Assembly: GCA_045804885.1 (NCBI GenBank)
Contig: JBJMMH010000091.1
Coordinates: 1-45,189, forward strand
Length of the DNA: 45,189 nt
Direction of reading: 5' to 3'
DNA from: Chloroflexota bacterium
GTDB taxonomy: Bacteria > Chloroflexota > Limnocylindria > Limnocylindrales > CSP1-4
Part shown: in pieces, positions 36,807 through 44,942 of the stretch
Layout: every line of letters starts with the position of its first letter
Numbering within the stretch: position 1 is the stretch's first letter
The notes under the pieces: generated by a model
Seen by the model: the letters and a program-made list of their open reading frames with translations, nothing else
Told to the model about the DNA's origin: nothing
Databases searched by the model: none
Made by a program: the position numbers and the translations under genes

Positions 36807-36872
36807 ATGGTGAACCCGGGCGTGTCGCCGGCAGCCGCCGGCGGCGAACCTCGACATTGCAGCCGTCTTTCA
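36807..36872 (-). promoter_or_regulatory. Direct-repeat box + -10 (PBP, leaderless)
   Basis: TGAAAG-ACGGC-TGCAAT (36856-36872), 43 nt, CACCAT (36807-36812), 6 nt, in-frame GTG. Confidence 0.7.
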
Positions 36873-36900
36873 GCGGACCAAGTCGCCTTGACCTCCATAT

Positions 36901-36940
36901 TCAAGCCTGCTTGACCATTAAGCTCAGGGGTCGCTACCAT
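36901..36940 (+). promoter_or_regulatory. Sigma70-type promoter with an overlapping palindrome (FTR1 gene)
   Basis: TTGACC (36911-36916)-18 nt-TACCAT (36935-36940). Inverted repeat TCAAGC-CT-GCTTGA (36901-36914). Confidence 0.6.
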
Positions 36941-36995
36941 CGCCCCGCCAGGCGCGCCGAGCGCCGGGCTCGACCAGCACCAAGGAGCACCAGCG

Positions 36996-37865
36996 GTGGA
37001 TTTCGGCTCGTTCGCCAGCGGCCTCTTGACCGGTCTCCGCGAGGGCGTCGAAGCGGCGCTCATCGTCGCGATCGTCCTCGCCTATCTCGTTCGAACCGGG
37101 AACGGCGCCGAGGCCGGCAAGGTCTGGATCGGGGCGATCGCGGCCGTGATCCTGAGCGCGGGCCTGGGCTTCGCGATCTACTCGTCGGTGGGCGCGTTCG
37201 AGGAGCCGTACGAGCAGATCTTCGAGGGGACCACGATGCTGCTCGCGGCCGGGGTCGTGACCTGGATGCTGTTCTGGATGCGCCGAGCGGCTGGCGGGAT
37301 CAAGGGCGAGCTCCAGTCGTCGGTCGATCGAGTGCTCGTCGCGGGTGGAGCATGGGGCCTGGCGATCCTCGCGTTCACCGCGGTCATCCGTGAGGGAGTC
37401 GAGACGGCGCTGTTCCTCGTCGGCCAGGCGACGTCCGCCGAGAGCGGCGCGTCGGCCGTCCTTGGCGGGGCGGTCGTCGGAATCGCGGTCGCCGCGGCGA
37501 TCGGATACGGCTTCTACCGCGGCAGCCGGCGGGTGAACCTCGCCGTCTTCTTCAAGTGGACCGGCATCGCCCTGATCTTCATCGCCGCGGGGCTGCTCAG
37601 CCATGGCCTCCACGAGTTCATCGAGATCGGGCTATTCGGGAGCGGCCCGCTCACCCAGCCGGCGTTCGATGTCAGCGGCGTCCTGTCGCACGACGACGGG
37701 ATCGGGTCGATCCTGCGGGCGCTGTTCGGCTACTCGGCCAATCCGGAATGGCTGACGTTGATCGTCCACGTCGCCTACATCGTGATCGTGCTGGCGCTCT
37801 ACCTCAGGCCGCTGCCGCCGCGGCCCGCCCCGACACAGGCGGCTCCCCAGGCGAGCGGCTCGTAG
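36996..37865 (+). CDS. FTR1/EfeU-family iron permease
   Basis: Two REGVE motifs and about seven TM helices. AAGGAG SD. Confidence 0.93.
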   Translation: MDFGSFASGLLTGLREGVEAALIVAIVLAYLVRTGNGAEAGKVWIGAIAAVILSAGLGFAIYSSVGAFEEPYEQIFEGTTMLLAAGVVTWMLFWMRRAAGGIKGELQSSVDRVLVAGGAWGLAILAFTAVIREGVETALFLVGQATSAESGASAVLGGAVVGIAVAAAIGYGFYRGSRRVNLAVFFKWTGIALIFIAAGLLSHGLHEFIEIGLFGSGPLTQPAFDVSGVLSHDDGIGSILRALFGYSANPEWLTLIVHVAYIVIVLALYLRPLPPRPAPTQAAPQASGS

Positions 37866-37872
37866 ATCCTCA

Positions 37873-39168
37873 TCACCTGGACGCCGCCAGCCGGAGCAGG
37901 CGGCCGTTCGAGATGTCGGTCGCGTACAGCTCTCCTGCCTCGTCCTCGCCGAACGAGCTCAGGCTCCCGTCGAGCGCCCCGACGACGGTCGCCTCGCGCT
38001 CCTCGTCGCCGGCGGCGTCCATCGCCCAGATCGTGCCCGAGCAGTAGTCGCCGAACACGTACCCGCCGGTCACCGCCGGCTGTGCCGTCCCCCGGTAGAC
38101 GTAGCCGCCGATGACGGTGCAGCCATCGCTGTGCGAGTACTCCGCGACAGGCAGCGTCAGCCCGGCCCGGTCGCAGCCAGTCGATGGGCGAAAGCAGTGG
38201 GAGCCTTCCATCCGGTTCCAACCGAAGTCCAGGCCGAGCGTCCCCGCGCGGGCGACGTCGATCTCCTCCCACGTGTTCTGGCCAACGTCGCCGATCCACA
38301 GGTCGCCCGTGGCGCGGTCGAACGAGAAGCGCCACGGGTTGCGGAGCCCGAGGTGGTCCACGAGCGGCTGGGCGCCACTGCGATTGGCGAACGGGTTGTC
38401 TGCGGGAGCGGCAACGTCTCTGGCGTCTGCCGCACCGACGTCGACGCGGAGCAGTTTCGCGAGCGCCGTTGAGAGCTTCTGGCCGTTTCCGTGGGGGTCG
38501 CCGCCGCTGCCGCCGTCGCCGAGGGCAACGTACAGGAATCCGTCCGGGCCGAATTGGAGGCCGCCGCCGTTGTGGTTCGAATAGGGCTGATCGACGGACA
38601 GGAGCTGGCGCTCCGAGCCGGGATCGGCCCGGTCGGGGTTCGACTCGTCCACCGTGAACGCCGAAATCCGGGTGTCGCCCTCCGAGTTCGTGTAGTTGAC
38701 GAAGAAGCGCGGGTCGGTTGGGAAGTCGGGATGGAATGCCAATCCAAGCAGACCCTGCTCGCCGCCGCCGCTGATCCGATCCGACACGTCAAGGAACGGC
38801 CCGGGGACGACCGCACCGTCGCGCACGACCCGGATTCGGCCCCCCTGTTCGACGACGAAGAGCCGGCCCGATCCGTCGTTCGCCGAGACGACCGCAAGCG
38901 GCGAGTCGAGACCGTCGGCCACGAGATCGAACGAGACCTTGAGCCCAGTCGGGTCGAACCGCCCGGTGACGCGCGGCGACGTTCCCGGTGACGGCCCGAC
39001 CGACGGCCGTGGCGCCGCGGACGACGCCACGGGCGGAGAGGAGGTCCCGACGGACGACGGCGCCTCGGAGGCAGCCGGCGTCGTCTGGTTGCCGTTGCCG
39101 CAGCCGCCAACGAGGGCGACGGCCAGCGCGAGGCCGAGGGTGCGTCGAAGGGGGAGCATCGGATTCAT
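37873..39168 (-). CDS. PQQ-dependent sugar dehydrogenase (soluble GDH/YliI-like), lipoprotein
   Basis: LVGG|C lipobox; GEQGLLGLAFHP, NHNGG, GLRNPWRFSFD, DVGQ..WEE, SSFGED. Confidence 0.92.
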   Translation of the reverse strand: MNPMLPLRRTLGLALAVALVGGCGNGNQTTPAASEAPSSVGTSSPPVASSAAPRPSVGPSPGTSPRVTGRFDPTGLKVSFDLVADGLDSPLAVVSANDGSGRLFVVEQGGRIRVVRDGAVVPGPFLDVSDRISGGGEQGLLGLAFHPDFPTDPRFFVNYTNSEGDTRISAFTVDESNPDRADPGSERQLLSVDQPYSNHNGGGLQFGPDGFLYVALGDGGSGGDPHGNGQKLSTALAKLLRVDVGAADARDVAAPADNPFANRSGAQPLVDHLGLRNPWRFSFDRATGDLWIGDVGQNTWEEIDVARAGTLGLDFGWNRMEGSHCFRPSTGCDRAGLTLPVAEYSHSDGCTVIGGYVYRGTAQPAVTGGYVFGDYCSGTIWAMDAAGDEEREATVVGALDGSLSSFGEDEAGELYATDISNGRLLRLAASR

Positions 39169-39218
39169 CGTACGTCCGCGGTCGCGGAGTGGTTCCCGCC
39201 GCCTGCTAGGCTCCAGCG

Positions 39219-39551
39219 ATGGACGCCCACGAGCTCGACGACGTCGTCGCCCGCCGTGCCGCATCCGGCCGGCCCTATCTCGAGTTCATCTCCGTTCCGG
39301 ATCTCAGCGTCGGGCTCTACGTGCTCGCGCCGGGCGAGCCGGACCGCCAGCAGCCGCACACGGAAGACGAGGTCTATTACGTCGTCGGCGGCCGGGGCAA
39401 GATCACGGTAGGCGACGAGGTTCGCGACGTCCGCGAGGGCACGACGGTGTTCGTCGCCGCGGGCGTACCGCACCGCTTCCACGACATCGAGGAGGAGCTC
39501 ACGCTGTTCGTGGCGTTCGGCCCCGCCGAGGGATCACGCGCGTCGTCGTGA
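39219..39551 (+). CDS. Cupin-domain protein
   Basis: QQPHTEDEVYYV...G.PHRF. Leaderless ATG 6 nt after TAGGCT (39207-39212). Confidence 0.9.
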   Translation: MDAHELDDVVARRAASGRPYLEFISVPDLSVGLYVLAPGEPDRQQPHTEDEVYYVVGGRGKITVGDEVRDVREGTTVFVAAGVPHRFHDIEEELTLFVAFGPAEGSRASS

Positions 39552-39638
39552 CGCCGGCGCTTCCGCCGCTCCGATAGCAGGCCCTGGCGATCAGTTAAGG
39601 AACGTGCCCGCGCCCTCGCTGGCAATGACCGCACCGGA

Positions 39639-40352
39639 TCAGCCCGCGAGACCCGCGAACTCGAGCGCGAGCTCCGCGCCGCGGCCGGTCTCGTCGTGGC
39701 GGAAGAACACGAACGCGTCGAGGCCGTCCGCGATGAACGGCTCGAGTCGAGCGGCCCACGCCTCGAGGTCGGGACGACCGTAGTCGTGGCGCCGCAGCCG
39801 CAGATACAGGAACGGGCCCGTGCGGCGGATGGTGGGTGGCGTCTCGTCCTCGGGCAGCTCCGTCGTGCACAACGCGGCGCCCGCCGAAGCAAGCGACGCG
39901 AACACCTCGTCGACGTGCCACGACGGGTCCTGGAACTCCGTCGTGAGCGGCAGGTCGGGCGGCCATGCCGCGAGGAGCGCCGCGAGCCTCGCATCGTCGC
40001 GCCGGACGCCGTCCGGGACGCGGAACAGGACCGTCCCGAGGCGATCCCCGAAGCGCCGCAGCGGATCCGTGAGCCAGGGCACGTTCCCGACCGGGTCGAG
40101 CGCGAGCGAGCGGAAGGAACCACCGCGCTGGGCCTTGACAGCGAAGCGGAACGCGGGCGGCGTCGCCGCGAGCCAGGCGTCGACCTTCTCGGGCTTGGGC
40201 TGTTGGTAGAACGTGTTGTTGAGCTCGCAGGCCGAGAGGCGGGAGGCGTAGTAGCGGAGCAGGCCGTCGCCCTTGAGGCCGGCGGGGTAGAACCGCGGCG
40301 ACCAGGCTGGGTAGGCGAAGCCGCTCGTCCCGACGTAGAGCCGCCCGGTCAC
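39639..40352 (-). CDS. DUF72 family protein
   Basis: YVGTSGF.Y..W...FYP, ELNNTFY, FAVKA, YLRLR. Confidence 0.92.
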   Translation of the reverse strand: MTGRLYVGTSGFAYPAWSPRFYPAGLKGDGLLRYYASRLSACELNNTFYQQPKPEKVDAWLAATPPAFRFAVKAQRGGSFRSLALDPVGNVPWLTDPLRRFGDRLGTVLFRVPDGVRRDDARLAALLAAWPPDLPLTTEFQDPSWHVDEVFASLASAGAALCTTELPEDETPPTIRRTGPFLYLRLRRHDYGRPDLEAWAARLEPFIADGLDAFVFFRHDETGRGAELALEFAGLAG

Positions 40353-40858
40353 GCCCCCTGGCGCCGCTCGTCCGGTGCTTCCGCGTCGATCGTCGCGACG
40401 ACGTCGGCCATCGCCCGATCGACGGCGGCGAGATCGTCGGCCGCGATCGCGTCGACGAAGTGACTCTCGATGCCACGGAGATGCGTCGCCGACGCATCCC
40501 TCAGCCGCGCGAGCCCGGCAGGGGTCAGGACCGCCTCCGCGCCGCGCGCATCGCTCGCGCAGAGATCCCGCTCGACGGACCCGTCGCGGACGAGCCGATC
40601 GATGAGACGGGTCACGCCGCTCCGGCTGAGCAGGACGCGGTCGGCGAGCTGGTGCATCCTGAGCCGCCGGCCCGGCGCTTCGGCCAGCTGGAGCAGGGCG
40701 TCGTACTCAGCAAGGGAGAGGTCGTGCTCGGCGCGCAAGTCGTCGTCGAGAAGCCGCTCGAGCCGGGCGTGGGCAAGGAGGAATCGGCGCCACGTGGCGA
40801 TCCGTGGGTCGCGAGCCGGGATGTGCCGGCGCTCGGCCGGGCTTCGGGAATTCATCAC
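40349..40858 (-). CDS. MarR-family transcriptional regulator
   Basis: LSLAEYDAL, LSRSGVTRLIDRL, DARG....LT..G. Leaderless after TATGAT (40864-40869). Confidence 0.93.
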   Translation of the reverse strand: MMNSRSPAERRHIPARDPRIATWRRFLLAHARLERLLDDDLRAEHDLSLAEYDALLQLAEAPGRRLRMHQLADRVLLSRSGVTRLIDRLVRDGSVERDLCASDARGAEAVLTPAGLARLRDASATHLRGIESHFVDAIAADDLAAVDRAMADVVATIDAEAPDERRQGA

Positions 40859-40863
40859 CCGCC

Positions 40864-40898
40864 ATCATACCTGCCAGATCGTTGATGGAGCAACGATC
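40864..40898 (-). promoter_or_regulatory. marR promoter with a palindromic operator
   Basis: TTGCTC-18 nt-TATGAT on the minus strand. Perfect inverted repeat GATCGTTG-N6-CAACGATC (40877-40898). Confidence 0.7.
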
Positions 40899-40974
40899 CG
40901 TGGTCGGCACGGGGCGGCCGGCCGATCGGCTAGGATCGCGGGACCGCCCGGTCCGGGCCGCTCCAGAGGATCAG

Positions 40975-42234
40975 ATGACCGCCTTCGACGTCGACGCGAT
41001 TCGGGCCCGCTTTCCGGCACTCTCCATCGAGCAGGACGGCCGTCCGATCGCGTTCTTCGACGGCCCCGGCGGGACGCAGGTGCCACAGTCGGTGATCGAC
41101 GCCGTGACCGCGTACTACCGCGAATCGAACGCCAACGCCGACGGCGCGTTCCTGACCAGCCGTCGGAGCGACGCGATGGTTGCGGAGGCCCACCAGGCGA
41201 TGGCTGACATGCTCGGCGCCGCCGACCCGCACGAGATCAAGTTCGGGCCGAACATGACGACGCTCACCTTTCATGTCAGTCGCTCCATCACAGCGACGAT
41301 GGCGCCCGGCGACGAGATCGTCGTGACCGGCCTCGACCACCACGGCAACGTCGACCCGTGGCTCGGTGCGGCACGCGACCGTGGGCTCACGGTCCGGGTC
41401 TGGGAGCCGCGCCTCGACGACTGCACGCTCGAGCTCGCGGATCTCGAGACGCTGCTGGGCCCGCGGACCCGGCTGGTCGCCGTGGGCTGGGCGTCGAATG
41501 CCGTCGGCACGATCAACGCGGTCGCCGCGATCGTCGACCGAGCCCACGCGGCAGGCGCCTGGACCTACGTCGACGCGGTCCACGCCGCGCCGCATCTCCC
41601 CATCGACGTCGGCGCCGTCGGGACCGACTTCCTCGCCTGCTCAACGTACAAGTTCTTCGGTCCCCACGGTGGCGTCCTCTTCGGCCGAGCCGACGTCCTC
41701 GACGCGATCCCCACGTACAAGGTGAGGCCGGCCCACGACCGGTTCGAGACCGGCACCCAGAGCTTCGAGTCGCAGGCGGGGACGCTGGCCGCCGTCGAGT
41801 ACCTGGCCGAGATCGGGTCGCGGTACGGCTCCGCAGGCGCGGCCGACCCGCGCGGCGAGCGCGTCCGGGCGGGCATGCTGGCGATCCGAGCGTACGAGAT
41901 GAATCTCTACCGGCGGCTCGTCGACGGCCTCGAGACGATCCCCGGAGTCCGGCTATACGGCATCACCGATCGCGCCCGGTTCGAGTGGCGGACGCCGACG
42001 GCCGCGCTCACCGTGGAGGGCCATGCGCCGCGGGCGATCTCCGAGCAGCTGGGACGCGAGGGAATCGCGACGTGGGACGGGGACTTCTACGCGAGCGGGC
42101 TGATCGAGCGGCTGAGGCTGGCGGACGTCGGCGGGGTCGTCCGCATCGGGTTGACCCACTACAACACGGCTGCCGAGGTCGACCGCCTGGTCGAGGCCCT
42201 CGCCCGCATCGCGGAAGGAGCGGCGGTCGCCTGA
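40975..42234 (+). CDS. Cysteine desulfurase-like PLP enzyme (aminotransferase class V, VC1184-like)
   Basis: Motifs FDGPGGTQVP, LDHHGN, ASN..GT, VDAVH, CSTYKFFGPH, FETGT. Confidence 0.9.
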   Translation: MTAFDVDAIRARFPALSIEQDGRPIAFFDGPGGTQVPQSVIDAVTAYYRESNANADGAFLTSRRSDAMVAEAHQAMADMLGAADPHEIKFGPNMTTLTFHVSRSITATMAPGDEIVVTGLDHHGNVDPWLGAARDRGLTVRVWEPRLDDCTLELADLETLLGPRTRLVAVGWASNAVGTINAVAAIVDRAHAAGAWTYVDAVHAAPHLPIDVGAVGTDFLACSTYKFFGPHGGVLFGRADVLDAIPTYKVRPAHDRFETGTQSFESQAGTLAAVEYLAEIGSRYGSAGAADPRGERVRAGMLAIRAYEMNLYRRLVDGLETIPGVRLYGITDRARFEWRTPTAALTVEGHAPRAISEQLGREGIATWDGDFYASGLIERLRLADVGGVVRIGLTHYNTAAEVDRLVEALARIAEGAAVA

Positions 42235-42271
42235 GCGATCGTCTGCGGGCGTCCCTGAGCGCGCGCCCGAC

Positions 42272-43462
42272 GTGACGCCCCCGGTGTCGTCCGACGTCGT
42301 CGTCGTGGGCGGCGGGATCGTGGGGACGGCGACGGCGGCATTCCTCGCCGGCCGCGGCGCCCGCGTGACTCTGGTCGAACGGACGGAGATCGCCGCCGGG
42401 GCGTCCGGCCGCAACTCCGGCGTCATCCAGCAGCCTTTCGACGACGTGCTCGCGGAGCTCTACCGGGAGTCGCTCACGCTCTACCGCGAGCTCGCGGCGG
42501 CAGTGCCAGGCGCGTTCGAGGTGGCGAACGAGCCGGCGGGGCTGCTGCTCCTCGGGCCCGGACGCGCCGAGGCAGAGGCGCGACGCCTGGTCGCGGCGTG
42601 GGCGGGTGCCCATCCGGAGGCGCGGCCGGAGCTCGTCGCAGACGCCGCCTTACGGCGGCTCGAGCCATCGCTCGCCGATGGCCTCGCGGCATGCCGCCTC
42701 GCGATCGCCTACCCGGTCGCGCCGGCATCCGCCACCAATGCATACGCGGCGCTCGCGGAACGGCGGGGCGCGCGCATCGTCACCGGGGCGGACGCCCGGG
42801 TCTGGCGGGAGGGCGACGCGGTCGGCGGCGTCGAGGTCGACGGCCGGCGGCTGGCCGCCGGTGCCGTCGTCGTGGCGGCGGGACCGTGGACGACGGCGAT
42901 CACGGCCGCGACGGACGCGGGCCGGCTGCCGATCGGGGCCTCGTGGGGCGCGATCGCGTCAGTGAGTCTCGATCCCGCCCCGGATCACGTGCTTGAGGAG
43001 CTAGACATCGAGATCGAGCCCGACACGGACGTCGACGGGGCCGCCCCAGCCTCCGTCGCCCCGGAGGCTGGGTTCGGCTTCAGCCTCGTGACGGCGGCCG
43101 GGATCAGCGCGCTGGGCTCGACGTTCCTGCCGGAGCCGCCTGAACCGGCCGACGTGGTGGGCCGTCTCCGCGACCGTGGGGCGCGGTATCTCCCGGCGTT
43201 GCGCGACGCGGCCGTCCTCGGGGCCCGGGTCTGCGCCCGGCCGGTCACACCCGACGGCCGGCCGCTGATCGGGGCGATCCCCGGGCTTCGCCGCGCGTTC
43301 GTGGCCGCTGGCAACGGACCATGGGGCATCTCGACCGGTCCCGGGACGGCGCGGCTCGTCGCGGACCTCGTGCTCGGGTTGATCGACGCCGTGCCCGCGT
43401 CTGTCGACCCCGCGCGGTTCCGCTCGTGGTCGAGCGGTCAGCGTGAGCCGGTGCCCGGGTAG
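42272..43462 (+). CDS. FAD-dependent oxidoreductase (DAO/glycine oxidase family)
   Basis: Motifs VVGGGIVG, GASGRNSG, VAAGPW, RPVTPDGRPLIG. Confidence 0.9.
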   Translation: MTPPVSSDVVVVGGGIVGTATAAFLAGRGARVTLVERTEIAAGASGRNSGVIQQPFDDVLAELYRESLTLYRELAAAVPGAFEVANEPAGLLLLGPGRAEAEARRLVAAWAGAHPEARPELVADAALRRLEPSLADGLAACRLAIAYPVAPASATNAYAALAERRGARIVTGADARVWREGDAVGGVEVDGRRLAAGAVVVAAGPWTTAITAATDAGRLPIGASWGAIASVSLDPAPDHVLEELDIEIEPDTDVDGAAPASVAPEAGFGFSLVTAAGISALGSTFLPEPPEPADVVGRLRDRGARYLPALRDAAVLGARVCARPVTPDGRPLIGAIPGLRRAFVAAGNGPWGISTGPGTARLVADLVLGLIDAVPASVDPARFRSWSSGQREPVPG

Positions 43463-44652
43463 CGCGTCAGCTCGACGATCCGCTGGATCGTCCCGGTGTG
43501 GGACACGACGAACAGGTCGCCGTCGTCGTCCGTCCCGAAGGAGACGATGCTCGGCGCGGCGATCGGCAGGAGGCGCGGGATCGCCGGCGCCGCGGCCGTC
43601 GCGCTGACGACCCAGATGCGCCCGCTGCAGTAGTCGGCGAAGAAGTAACCGCCGCGCATCAGCGGGTAGTGGACGCCGCGGTAGACGAGACCACCGGTGA
43701 TCGAGCAGTTGTCGGTGCCCGACGCCGCGTGGGCGTACTCGGCGAGCGGGAGGGCCCGACCGGACGTCAGGCACCCGGACATCGGCTCGTAGCAGTGGCG
43801 GCCCTCCATGTCGTCCCAGCCGTAGTTGACGCCGCGGCCGCCGCCGCTCGCCGCCGTCGAGCGGTTGACCTCCTCCCACGCCGCCTGGCCGACGTCGCCG
43901 ATCCAGAGGTCGCCGGTGACCCGATCGAACGACCAGCGCCACGGGTTGCGAAGGCCCCATGCCCAGATCTCGTCGGCGCCCGTCTTGCCGACGCGCGGGT
44001 TCGAAGTGGGGATCCGGTAGGCCTTGCCTGACGAGGTCCCGTTGACGTCGATCCGGAGCATCTTGCCGAGCAGGCTGTTCAGGTTCTGGGCACGATCCTG
44101 CGGATCGCCGCCGGAACCGCCATCGCCCATCCCGATGTAGAGGTAGCCGTCGGGTCCGAACGCGATCCCGCCACCGTTGTGGTTCGCGTATGGCTGGGCG
44201 ATCGCCAGCAGCTGCCGGCGCGTGTTCTCGTCGACGTCGTTGCGGTTGGAGGTCACGCGGTACTCGTCGATGACGGTGGCGCCGTCGCCGGCGCGGGTGT
44301 AATCGACGTACAGCTTCCCGTTCGACGCGAAGCTCGGATGGAACGCGAGGCCGAGGAGGCCGCGCTCCCCGCAGCAGGAGATCCTCGTGTGGACGTCCAG
44401 GAACGGCGTCCCGACCGGCCCGGACTCCAGCGTCCGGACGCGGCCCGTCTGCTCGACGACGAAGTGCCGCCGCGATCCGTCATCGGCGTACGTCAGCAGG
44501 ATCGGGTTGTCGAACCCTGCGCCGGCCGGCCGCAGCGCGACGTTGACCTTGTTCGGGTCGAACGTCAGCCCGACCGTCGCGGGGACGGCGAATGTCAGCG
44601 CCGCGACGACCGCGACGACGATCGCCCCCGGCGCGCTCGCGCGGTGGATCAG
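43438..44652 (-). CDS. Second PQQ-dependent sugar dehydrogenase, secreted
   Basis: GERGLLGLAFHP, NHNGG, GLRNPWRWSFD, VSFG.D and a signal peptide. Start uncertain; best candidate is CTG at 44652 behind GGAGAG. Confidence 0.9.
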   Translation of the reverse strand: MIHRASAPGAIVVAVVAALTFAVPATVGLTFDPNKVNVALRPAGAGFDNPILLTYADDGSRRHFVVEQTGRVRTLESGPVGTPFLDVHTRISCCGERGLLGLAFHPSFASNGKLYVDYTRAGDGATVIDEYRVTSNRNDVDENTRRQLLAIAQPYANHNGGGIAFGPDGYLYIGMGDGGSGGDPQDRAQNLNSLLGKMLRIDVNGTSSGKAYRIPTSNPRVGKTGADEIWAWGLRNPWRWSFDRVTGDLWIGDVGQAAWEEVNRSTAASGGGRGVNYGWDDMEGRHCYEPMSGCLTSGRALPLAEYAHAASGTDNCSITGGLVYRGVHYPLMRGGYFFADYCSGRIWVVSATAAAPAIPRLLPIAAPSIVSFGTDDDGDLFVVSHTGTIQRIVELTRYPGTGSR

Positions 44653-44879
44653 CGCCAGCTCTCCGCGTCGAACAGGAAGAAGGTCAGCTGTGACCAGCGG
44701 TCGTGAACCGCCTCCCACCACAGGGCGAGGCCGTCCTCGTCGCGTGGCTGCGTCTCGACGACGGATGCGTCCCGCGCGCCGAGGCGGGAGCTCCACGATC
44801 GGGCGTCGATAGCCCGGGGTGGTGCAACGAGGTGCGGCCGCCCTCGGTCGATTCGGGCCGAGACCACGTAGGCTGCCAT
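44649..44879 (-). CDS. Small hypothetical protein (76 aa) with aromatic C-terminus
   Basis: Leaderless ATG 7 nt after TACGCT (44887-44892). Ends WWEAVHDRWSQLTFFLFDAESWR. Confidence 0.6.
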   Translation of the reverse strand: MAAYVVSARIDRGRPHLVAPPRAIDARSWSSRLGARDASVVETQPRDEDGLALWWEAVHDRWSQLTFFLFDAESWR

Positions 44880-44942
44880 CACGGCCAGCGTACGACGACG
44901 GGCCGTCGTTGGAAACCCGGACTCGCGGGCTATGCTGCCGCG

